Assembly: GCF_004010195.1 (NCBI RefSeq)
Contig: NC_057752.1
Span: 11,976,012 to 12,035,000, forward strand
Direction of reading: 5' to 3'
Source of the DNA: Chiloscyllium plagiosum
Taxonomy: Eukaryota
DNA: 58,989 bases
Shown here: in pieces, positions 12,956-23,619 of the stretch
Layout: each line of letters begins with the position of its first letter
Position numbering within the stretch: position 1 is the first letter of the stretch
The notes under the pieces: generated by a model
What the model was told of the DNA's origin: nothing
Seen by the model: only the letters and a program-made list of their open reading frames with translations
The model's database searches: none
Translations under genes and position numbers: made by a program

Positions 12956-15487
12956 CTCTCATATCTCCTCATACACCAGTCGTACCGTCCCAAAAGTCAA
13001 CTCAGTAAACCTTCACTGTACTCCCTCGACAGCAAGAACATCCTCAGATAAGGAGGCCAAAGCTGCACACAATATTCCAGCTATGTCCTCACCAATAGCC
13101 TGTATAATTGCAGTAAGGCATCCTTTTCCTGTTCTCAAATCCACTCCCTATTAAAGGTCAACATACAGTTTGCCTTCTTTACTGCCTGCTGCACCTGCAC
13201 ACTTACTTCCAGTGACATCCTGCTGTAGGAAAGATATTATTAAATTGGAGAGGGGTCACAAAGGATTTACCAGGATGTTGCCGGTAACAGAGAGTTTGAG
13301 TTATAAGAGGCTGGATAGGCTCAGACCTTTTTCAATGAAGCATAGGAGGTTGAGGGATGAGCTTATAGAGGTTTATAAAATCATGAAGGGCATAGATAAG
13401 GTGAATAGCAAGGATTGTTTACCTAGGGTATAGGAGTTTAATACGAGGGGGTATATATTTAAGGTGAGAAGAGAACATTTTAAAAAAGGACATGAGGGGT
13501 AACTAGAGTGGTTTGTGTGTGGACTGAACTGCCAGAGGAAGTGTCGAATGCAGGTACAGTTACATTTAAAAGACATTTGGACAGGTCCATGAATAGAAAA
13601 GGTTTGGAGTGGTATGGTTCAAACCAAGCAAATGGGAATAGTTTAGTTTTGGAACATTGTTGGCGTGGACTAGTTGGTCTGAAGGATCTGTTTCCAGGCT
13701 GTATGACACTACGACTCTATGACTGCTGCACAAGGACTCCCAGGTCTCATTGAGCATTCCCCTCTCTCAATTTACAGCCATTCAAATAACAATTTGCCTT
13801 TCTATCTTTGTTACCAAAGTGGATAACCTCATATTTATCCATATTACACTGCATCTACCATGCATTTGCCCACTTACTTAGCCTGTCCAAGTCACAATGC
13901 AACACCTTTGCATCCTCCTCATAGCTCACTCTTTCACTCAGTTTTGTGCCATCAAATTTTGAGATATTTCATTTAGTTCCCTCACCTAATCATTAACATA
14001 TATTGGGAGGAGCTGGGGTCCTAGTACCGATCCCTGCAACACTCCACTGGTCACTGCCTGCCATTTAGAAAAAAAAAGACTATTTATTCTTACACTTTTT
14101 TTCCCCTCCGTCTGCTAACCAATTTTCTATCCATCTTAATACAACAACCCTAATCTCATGCACTTCAATTTTACACATTAATTGCTTATGTGGGACTTCC
14201 TTGACAGTCTTCTGAAAGACCAAATAAACAACATCCACTGACTCTCCCAATCAACTCTGCTAGTTATATCCTTGAAGAATTCCAGTAGGTTTGTCAAACA
14301 GAATTTGCTTTTTATAAATCCATGCTGACCGCATCGGATTCTACCACTAAGTGCTCCAACATAAAATCCTTGATAATGAACTCTAGCACCTTTATCACTA
14401 CTGCCGTCAGGCTCACGGGTCAATAATTCTGTTTTCTCTCAACCCCTCTTTTATATTAACTACCCTCCAAACTGTAGGAACTGTCCCATCAATTTCTCCA
14501 ACACCATTTCTCTAGTATTACAAATTTGCTCCAGTTCCCTCCTCTCACTAAACCCAGTATTCCCCATCATATCCTCCTTTGTGAAGGCAGAAGCAAATTA
14601 TAGAACATAGAACAGTACAGCCACAGTACAGGCCCTGCAGCCCTCAATGTTGTGCCAGTCTTTTATCCTACTCCAAGATCAGACTAACCTACATACCCTT
14701 CATTGTACTATCATCCTTGTGCCTATCCAAGAACCACTTAAATATCCCTAATGTACCTGACTCTATTACCAACACTGGCAGTGCATTCCACACACCCACC
14801 ACTCTGTGTATAAAGAACCTCCCTCTGACATCTCCCCCAAACCTTCCTCCAATCACCTTAAAATTATGCCCCCTCGTGATAGACATTTCCACCCTGTGAA
14901 AAAAAAGTCTCTGGCCATCCACTCTATCTATGCCTCTCATTATCTTACGCACCTCTATCAAGTTGCCTCTCATCCTTCTTTGCTCCAACGAGAATAGGTT
15001 GAGGGAGCTAGGGCTTTCTTCATAAGACAAGCCCTTCAGTCCAGGCAGCATCCCAGTAAATCTCCTCTGCACTCTTCCGCATCCTTCCAATAATGAGGTG
15101 ACCAGAATTGGACACAATATTCCAAGTGTGATCTAACCAGGGCTCTACAGAACTGCAGCATAACCTCGTGGTTCGTAAATTCAATCCCCCTGCTAATGAA
15201 AGCCAACACACCATACGCCTTAACTCTGGATGGCAACTTTGAGGGATCAATGGACCTAGACCCCAAGATCCCTCTGTTCCTCCACATTGCCAAGAATCCT
15301 ACCCTTAACCCTGTATTCTGCAATCTATTTCAACCTTGCAAAGTGAATCAATCCACACTTTTCCAGGTTGAACTCCATCTGCCATTTCTCAGCCCAGTTC
15401 TGAATCCTGTCAACGTCCCATTGCAAACTACAACAGCCCTCCACCGACCTTTGTCATCGGCAAACTTACTTACATAAGTGGCACAAT

Positions 15488-15737
15488 GAGTGGCACAATG
15501 GTTAGCACTGCTGCCTCACAGCGCCAGAGACCTGGGTTCAGTTCCCACCTCAGGTGACTGACTGTGTGGAGTTTGCACATTCTCCCCGTGTCTGCGTGGG
15601 TTTCCTCCGGGTGCTCCGGTTTCCTCCAACAGTCCAAAAATGTGCAGGTTAGGTGAATTGGCCATGCTAAAGCGGGTCGGTGTGGACTTGTTGGGCCGAA
15701 GGGCCTGTTTCCACACTGTAAGTAATCTAATCTAATC
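15488..15737 (+). mobile_element. HE1-type SINE, internally deleted
   Basis: tRNA-like head, V-type core and TAATCTAATCTAATC tail. Confidence 0.9.
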
Positions 15738-16100
15738 AACCCACCCTTCCACTTCCTCATCCAAGTCATCTATAAAAATCACAAAGAGCAGAGGTCCCAG
15801 AACAGACCCCTGCGGAACACCACTGGTCACCGAGCTCCAGGCTGAATACTTTCCATCTAGCACCACCCTCAGTCTTCTATGGACCAGCAATTCTGTATCC
15901 ATACAGCCAGATTTCCCTGTATCCCATGCTTCCTTACTTTCTGAATGAGCCTACCATGGGGAACCTTATGAAAAGCCTTGTTAAAATCCATATAAACCAC
16001 ATTCACTGTTCATCCTTCGTCAACGTGTTTTGTCACATCGTCAAAGAAATCAACAAGGCTTGTGAGGCATGACCTGCCCCTCACAAAGCTATGCGGACTA

Positions 16101-16441
16101 TTTAGGGTGTAGGTTTGCTCGCTGAGCTGTAGGTTTGATATCCAGATGTTTCATTATCTGGCTAGGTAACATCATCAGTGGCGACCTCCAAGTGAACCGA
16201 AGCTGTTGTCTCCTGCTTTCTATTTATATATCTTTCTCCTGGATGGGGTTCCTGGGGTTTGTGGTGATGTCATTTCCTGTTTGTTTTCTGAGGGGTTGAC
16301 AGATGGTATCTAGATCTATGTGCTTGTTTATGGCATTGTGGTTGGAGTGCCATGCCAGAGAATTCCTAGAGGCCTGGCACTCCAACCACAATGCCTACAC
16401 CCTAAACCCTACACCCTGAGCTACAAACCTTCACAAACCTT
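16101..16441 (-). mobile_element. PLE fragment (family D) with hammerhead motif
   Basis: 13-bp imperfect TSD (16088-16100, 16442-16454), an REFLEAWHS endonuclease-end motif, and an internal inversion. The minus-strand motif is CCA-CUGAUGA-UGUUAU-...-AUAAU-GAAA-CAUC-UGG-type at 16142-16181. Confidence 0.75.
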
Positions 16442-17204
16442 GCTATATGGACTACCTCGAATCAAGCTATGCTTTTCCAAGTAATCATAAATCCTGTCCC
16501 TCAGAATCCTCTCCAAAACTTTGCTCACCACTGGCGTAAGGCTGACAGGTCTGTAATTCCCAGGATTATCCCTATTCCCTTTCTCGAACAAGGGAATAAC
16601 AACATTTGCCACCCTCCAACCATCTGGCACTGCTCCTCCATTTCTTTGTTCCTCATTATAAATTCCCCCATTTCTGAACGTGTGGGACCTAAATTACTTT
16701 TCAACAATTTGTTTCTCTTTACATATCTCTCAAACTTTTACACTCAGTTTTTAAATTTTCAGCAAGCTTACTTTCAATCTATTTTCCCCTTCTTGATCAA
16801 TCCCTTGGTCCTCCTTTGCTAACTTCAGAAATGTTCTCAAGCCTCAAGTCTATTGTTTTTTCATGCCAACTTGGATGCCTCTTTTATGCATCTAAAACTA
16901 TCTCTAATTTCACTCGTAAGCCACGGTTTGGCCACTGACTTCTTGCACCAGTCAGGAATAAACAATTTTTGCTGTTCACCCATTTGCTCTTTGAATGTAT
17001 GCCATTTGCCCATTCACGGTCATTCTGTTCAGTAACATTTCACAGTCCATCAAAGCCAACTCACGCCTCATACGATCCTAGTTTCCCTTAAAGATTCAGG
17101 GCCCTAATCTCAGAATCAACTACCTCACTCTACATCTTGATGAAGAATCTGATCATATCATGGTCGCTCACACATTATCATTATTCCTTTCTCATTACAT
17201 GGAG

Positions 17205-17830
17205 GAGCCAGTGTTGGACTGGGGTGGACAAAGTTTAAAAAAAAAAAAAAATCACAACACCAGGTTATAGTCCAACAGATTTATTTGGAAGTACTAACTT
17301 TCAGAGTGCTGCTCCTTCATCAGGTAACTGTGGAGCAGGTCCATAAGACAATTTATAGCAAAAGATTACAGCGTCATGCAACGAAATGATATATCAAACA
17401 AACCTAGATTGTTATTAAGTCTTTCATTTTTTAGAATGGGTTGTCGGTTCATTAATATGTAAAACCCAGAACTTCTTTTAAGTCACATTCTCAAGATAAC
17501 TTAAGATTTTATTTAAAAAAAGGTGACATCTCAGCTCAGACAGTGCATTGAATTCCACTTTGGAAATAGAACCAGTCTGACTCAAGATCAGGATACAGAC
17601 AGATCCTAACCTACACCTTTAATGCATTGTCTGAGCTGAGATGTCACTTTTATTAAATAAAACCTTAAGTTACCTTGAGAATGTGACTTATGCAACCCAT
17701 TCAAAAAGACGAAAGACTTAACAGCAATCTAGGTTTGTTCAATATATCATTTCAGTTGCATACAAATTCTGTGTTTTATGGTCCTGCTCCACAGCTACCT
17801 GATGAAGGAGCAGCACTCCAAAAGCTGTTT
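17205..17830. mobile_element. PLE family C fold-back element with a hammerhead motif in each arm
   Basis: Arms ~17295-17550 and ~17620-17826 are reverse complements. Each carries CTGATGAAGGAGCAGCACTC(T/C)(G/A)AAAG. Confidence 0.8.
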
Positions 17831-18637
17831 TCTAGTTGGTTCTTCAATGTATTGGTCTACAGTATCGTGACTAATTTGATTCACCCAATCTACATGAAGA
17901 TAAAGTCACCCATAATAAAAATGCTCCTTTGCTACATCATCTCTGATTTCCTGTTTAATGCCATTCCCAACATCACCACTGCAGTTTGGCTAATTTTGTT
18001 TTGGCCTTTGGTATTTCTCAATGCTACCTACACAGCTCCTACATTGTCAGAGGTAATATTTTTCGTCAATATTGTGTTTACATCCTCTATAACAAGTAAT
18101 GCAACTCCACCACCTTTTCCTTTTTGTCTGCCCTGCCTAAATAATGAATACTTCTGGATGTTCAGTTCCCATCCTTGATCATCCTACAGTCATGTCTCCA
18201 TAATCTCAACTATATCATACCCATTTACAGCTATTTGCATGACTAATTCATCCACTTTGTTTTGAATGTTCCATGCACTGGAAATGAGCCCAAGCTTCCC
18301 ATACAGAGGAGGAGCACATGACAATTTCAAACTCTACTGCCTTGAGTTACTTTTAAGATTAAATCTTTTGGAAGACACTTCACATTAAATAATATTGATT
18401 TCCCAGGGCCCTTCTTTCCTGTTCATTGTTACTACAAAGCACAACCCTTAGAAACTATAAACCAGAAAAAGACCTTACAAATAATAAGAGATAAAGGTCA
18501 TAAATAATTGATCTGACTTTACCTACTACTTACCAATCAAATTATGAAAATTATTTTAAAAAACGTAAACAATAAAACTCATCTCCAGCTTCAAGAGCGT
18601 GAAGAATAGATTTCACACAAAATCACGTAGCACATAC

Positions 18638-19075
18638 ATAGAGTCACAGAGATGTACAGCACGGAAACAGACCCTTCCATCTAACCCATCCATGCCAACC
18701 AGATATCCCAACCCAATCTAGTCCCACCTGCCAGCACCCGGCCCATATACCTCCAAACCCTTTCCTATTCATATACCCATACAGATGCCTTTTAAATGTT
18801 GCAATTGTACCAGCCTCCACCACTTCCTCTGGCAGCTCATTCCATACACGTATCACCCTCTGTGTGAAAAAGTTGCCCCTTAGGTCTCTTTTATATCTTT
18901 CCCCTCTCACCCAAAACCTATGCCTGACCCCAGGGACTCCCCGACTGCAGGGAAAAGACTTTGCCTATTTACCCTTTCCATGCCCCTCATAATTTTGTAA
19001 ACCTCTATAAGGTCACCCCTCAACCTCCGTCGCTCCAGGGAAAACAGCCCCAGCCTGTTCAGCCTCTCCCTATAC
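18638..19075 (-). mobile_element. Young CR1 3' end
   Basis: RERLNRLGLFSLERRRLRGDLIEVYKIM; FFTQRVIRVWNELP. Confidence 0.93.
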
Positions 19076-19162
19076 ATAAATGAAAAATTAAAATGTTTTG
19101 TGTTGAGGCTATAAATGGACATTAGTAGTATGAATCCATACAGACTAAAAAAAAACTTTAGT

Positions 19163-19399
19163 AGAAAGTGAGGACTGCAGAAGCTGGAGATCATAATCGA
19201 GAGTGTGGTGCTTAAAAAAAAGCACAGCATGTCAGGAGGCATCCGAGGTTTCGGGCAAAAGTCCTTCATTACGAATGAGGCTTGTGGGCTGGGGCTTATA
19301 AAGAAATGGGAGGCGGCTGGGGGGGGATGGAGCTGGGAAAGCAATAGGATGGGGGAGAAGGTGGAGCGGAGAGATAGGAAAGGCAATGCACAGGTCAAG
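19163..19399 (-). mobile_element. PLE family A terminal fragment
   Basis: Starts AGAAAGTGAGGACTGCAG; imperfect TSD A9CTT(T/A)(A/G)GT at 19147-19162 and 19400-19415. Confidence 0.8.
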
Positions 19400-19539
19400 A
19401 AAAAAAAACTTAGGTCAGACTTTAAAATAACAAGAGTCTTTTTTCGCCTGTCAATCTAGTTTAGAAGTACTGAATCGGTTTGAACTGGATAGAAGATTCA
19501 CTATTCCTATAGCAGTTCCAAGTCCTGCCAGAACTTTTT

Positions 19540-20000
19540 AAATGGTTACGAGAAAAACGGATTTTCTTTTCGGCTTTCTTCCGCTCCGATCCAGATCAGG
19601 TCAGAATTAGCTCTCAGCTAAAAGGCAGCGATCTATGGGATCGATCCTGAAGTGAAAGTCTGTCAAACTTCACAGAAAGAATACTGAATAGCAAGAAAAA
19701 AAAACTACAAACCGTGATACTGAGAATCCACGAAACGAACATTTTTCTCACTGTTCTCCGCGCCTATCTTTTCAAAACCGGAAGAAGTTACAAGAGCGGA
19801 ATCACAATTGTTCTGAAAAAAGTGCCCACAGCGAACTTAGTCACCTTTCAAGGCACTTAAAGAGAAACGGATGTGAAAACTGAATAATAGTTGCCCAATT
19901 TTTAAACAAAAAAAAATCAAACTATAAAAACATCCCATTCAATCGCTTGAAGTCTGCCCCACGTGATTTAAAGCGATGTAAGACGTCGAGCCTTCTGCAC
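19540..20000 (-). promoter_or_regulatory. CpG-retaining probable promoter/first-exon region of the TNFRSF gene
   Basis: Non-repetitive and locally CpG-rich. ETS-type CCGGAAG at 19778-19784, IRF/PRDM1-type GAAGTGAAAGT at 19649-19659, CACGTG at ~19960. Confidence 0.55.
19713..19742 (-). CDS. Probable first coding exon of the TNFRSF gene (signal peptide start)
   Basis: AAAATG...ACG|gtttgt. MFVSWILSIT joins in phase 0 to VASCVLCTS..., giving a signal-peptide-like N-terminus. Confidence 0.6.
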
Positions 20001-20044
20001 AGGGTTCCTAGCCTCTGGAGTGCTTTTGTAGCCAACGTCAGAAC

Positions 20045-21310
20045 AAATGACTGAAAACAACAAATGCTGGTGATCATAGTGGGTCAGGCAGCATCCATGG
20101 GGAGACAGCAAACTAATGTTTCTAATCTAGATGACTCTTCATCAGAGCTGATGTGTGGAGGGGATAGCATTTATGCAATGGAGTGGGGGAGGGCAGTACT
20201 GGTGGAGAAAGGATGTTCATAGTTCAGATTAAGTGATCAGAATGGGAGAACAATGGTGTGTCTAAGTGCCAGACTGGGAAGGACAGACAGTCCCGCTGGA
20301 GTAGGGGAAGGGGAGAGAACTCATGGTGACAGACAATGTAACAAGTAAAGCTAAAAGAAATGGGTTCACAATGTGAAGGTATTGAACTCACCAAGTCCAG
20401 AAGGTTGTAAAGTGCCTAGTTTGAAGCGCTGTAGCATGCTGAGGACAGAGAAGCGTATATGCAAGCAGGACCCTGTGTTAAAACGATCTGTTACAGGAAG
20501 GTCAAGGTCACACTGCACACAGAGCATGAGATGTTCTGCAAAGTGTCACCCAATCTATGTTTGATTTCTCCAATGTACAGTCGGCCACATTGGGTGTAGC
20601 AAATATGATAGGGAGAAAGTGAGGACTGGAGATGTGTTGCTGGAAAAGCGCAGCAGGTCAGGCAGCATCCAGGGAACAGGAGAATCGACGTTTCGGGCAT
20701 AAGCCCTCCTGAAGAAGGGCTTATGCCCGAAACGTCGATTCTCCTGTTCCCTGGATGCTGCCTGACCTGCTGCGCTTTTCCAGCAACACATCTCCGGCTC
20801 TGATCTCCAGCATCTGCAGACCTCACTTTCTCCAGAAAGTGAGGACTGCAGATGCTGGAGATCAGAGTCGAGACTGTGGTGCTGGAAAAGCACAGCAGGT
20901 CAGGCAGCCTCCAAAGAGCAGGAGAATTGATGTTTCAGGCAGAAGCCCTTCATAAGGAGTGGTGAAGGGGTTCCTGACAAAGGGCTTCTGCCTGAAACTT
21001 GACTCTACTGCTCCTTGGATGCTGCCTGACTTGCTGTGCATTTCCAGTACCACACACTCGGCAGCAAATACAATTACACAAGATTGGATGAAATGCTGCT
21101 CCACCTGGAAAGACTGTTTCGGCCCTTGGATGGTGAGCAGGGAGGACGTGAAAGGGCAGGTATTGCACCTTCTGCGGTTACATGGGAAGGTGCCATGGGA
21201 AAGGATGGTGGTGTTGGTGGTCGAGGAATGGACTAGTGTATCCCAGAGGGAATGATCCCTGCGAAATATGGACAGGAGAGTGAGGGGGGAAGATGTGTTT
21301 AGTGCTGGCA
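20045..21310 (-). mobile_element. PLE (family B) GIY-YIG end + terminal repeat, hosting two nested family-A fold-backs (20611-21060)
   Basis: TFPCNRRRCNTCPF and CGRLYIGE motifs; degenerate hammerhead at ~20115-20150; nested TSDs. Confidence 0.85.
20709..20736 (+). ncRNA. Minimal hammerhead ribozyme motif (family A, intact core)
   Basis: CUGAAGA-A-GGGC-UUAU-GCCC-GAAA-CG-UC. Confidence 0.8.
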
Positions 21311-21859
21311 GAATGCCATGTATTTTTATGGCGAGTTCCGTTGAACTACTGGTTAATGGTAAGGTGCAGTTAATGGTAACCCCATGGAAATTGATAGTGG
21401 GAGATTCAATGTTGGTAACATCACTGATGATTAGATTGTGATGGTCATTGCCTGGCACTTGTATGACATGAATGCTGCTTGCTCACAAAAAAAAAGAGAC
21501 AAATATAAAAGGAGACTCTGAGGTTAATTTCTGTGACAGATTGTCCTAGAAATATGGGAATAAAGATACCTGTTAAGGGACAGGCATTCAAAACAAGGGA
21601 GAATCCCTTAAATACAGGACAGCCTGGGTCCCACTGATAGGCTGCCAAATTCCTTCCCACAAGTTTGAAGTTACACTTTGAGACTGAAAATGCTGGAACT
21701 TCATTGAGTGTGTTTCTTACAGTTCTTCATGACAGAAACATTGTTCAGCATTGATGTACATCCACATGACAATTAGTTCTTAGCTCTTATAAATACTTTC
21801 TTTTTAAAAAATCTCCATCCCAATATAACTGTTCCAATCATTAATTTTCTTTTCAATAG

Positions 21860-22330
21860 TAAGGACGATTAACGATTGAGCAATTGAACACCTTAAGAGT
21901 CTTTGGTAGTTTATTTTCTTTTCTCAGAAAAAACATTGTTCACAGTAACACTAGTGATCGGATGTTGTGCCTCTGTTATTTAGATTTGTCATTCAACGTT
22001 CTCAGTGTTGAGGTGAGTTGGCACACTGCACAGATGACATTGTGCCTGTTGCTCCTTGTGATGCTGGAGATCTGCTTGATGTTCCTAATGTTGTGCTCCT
22101 TAGTGTTGATGTTCCTTGCTGGTGAAGCTATTGATGTTATTTCACTGGTTAGTCATGTTGTTGCTGGTGAGGATGACCTTTACTGCTTTTCCAGTTCAGG
22201 TGTAAATCGAATATGAACTCTGTTCTTTCTCACTTGATTATCTGGTTCAGTGTCAATGTTGTATGAGCTTTTTATGAATAAATCCTGTATATGCACAGTT
22301 TGTCCTTTCAGCAACTCAGGCTGTATTTGA
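21860..22330 (-). mobile_element. Gypsy-like integrase C-terminal remnant
   Basis: The reverse translation QPELLKGQTVHIQD...SYNIDTEPDNQVRKNRVHIR resembles the LPELxxGxxVxIxD...SYxV...RRNRxHL tail of Gypsy integrases. Confidence 0.5.
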
Positions 22331-23619
22331 CATACGTGTTAACCTCAAGATGATGAACTGGGGGAAACAAAAACAAGGGATTCTTGGCTGGAGGAGCAGT
22401 GGGTGTTGCTGACAAGGCTGTAGGAGCAGGCAACACCCACCTCTGTTAGCAGAACATCCCCACTCCAAATATCCAGCTGTTAAAATCAGAGAACTCTATA
22501 GAGAGAAAAATTTTGGCCAGTGCTGCTGCTGTATCTCATGGCAGAGTGTCTGTGCATAGGCATTGTGCTGTCTCCAGACTGTGTATGTGCAAACGCTCTG
22601 AGCAGTTTCTTCATTCACTGTAGGAGATAAATGGATTTCAAAGAAGCCCATTCCCAGGAGATGGGACATCAATTTGAATTGGAGAGGTGTGTTCATTGCA
22701 GAGTTTTCAGTAGGTTACTAAGGATGTATAGGGGTCACTGGAGAGCAGTTCAAAAGGCAGGGACTGACAAGACAATGAATTGCAAAGAGAGAGAGATAGT
22801 AGATTCTGTTAGAAGTGTAGGTAACAATGGTTTACAACAATTTCCAATAGCAGTTGGATGCTCCTTCTGTCAGAACTCAGGCCAAGTTCTACGAGTTATT
22901 AGGCAGCTAGGTGTTGAAGTCAGGGCTCAGTAAAAGTTTTGGAAGTTGTGGTGGGCTACTAGTAAATTAGTGAAGTTAAGAGTGGGTTTGAAAAGCCCAT
23001 AAGCAATATTTACCTAATGCAGCTGTGCAAGAATTGAGCTCAGGGAAAAGCACAAGAAAAGATCTATGCTTGTAGGTGAAAAGCTGGTGGGCCATGTCGA
23101 GTCTTCACTGAGTCTTCATCCTCCTTGGTCCACAACTTCCAGAATGGTCTGTGGCCATTGGGCAATGGGGTCATGAGCTAGACCCCATCATCCAATGGGG
23201 TCGTGCCAATACTCCACTGTGGCCATGCCAGGGAGGTATAAAGTGCACACTCAGGCAGTCAAGATGCCAGAAAGTCTGATTGGCACTTCTCCAATACACA
23301 ACCTTCAGGCTGTTTGTAACTGGTTCCCCCAAACATCTTTGACCTTGGTTTTCACTGTTCTCTGTCACTGATAGGTGCTGGCTGCAGTTTAATTTGGTTT
23401 GGCCAATTTTCTGTCAGGACAAACCTGAGTTCTCTCGCTCTAGGTCAATTTAGAATCTCAAATTTTGGGTCTGTTGCCAGGTGACCACAGATTCTCCTGT
23501 TGATCCCTTGAAGTGTCAAGTGAAAATAAGATCAGAGGTTCAGACCATGCACTCATGCAGACATGCATCAAGTCTCAGACAGATAGCCTAACTCCCTGAG
23601 TTACTGCATTGCCCATCAT

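Larger units (their letters stand above)
10795..18290 (-). mobile_element. Nested cluster of CR1 LINE fragments (mostly minus; one plus piece ~13215-13720)
   Basis: Repeated CR1 motifs (GRSCLTNLIEFFE, AFDKVPH, HLEYCVQFW, FFTQRVV) and 3' tails at ~10800, ~11030 and ~14600. Confidence 0.9.

Noticed and set aside
18534..18582. Alternative TNFRSF first exon (ATG...|gtaagt on minus)
   Set aside because: Good donor site, but the ATG frame stops after 8 codons and the phase-0 frame has a stop next to the donor.
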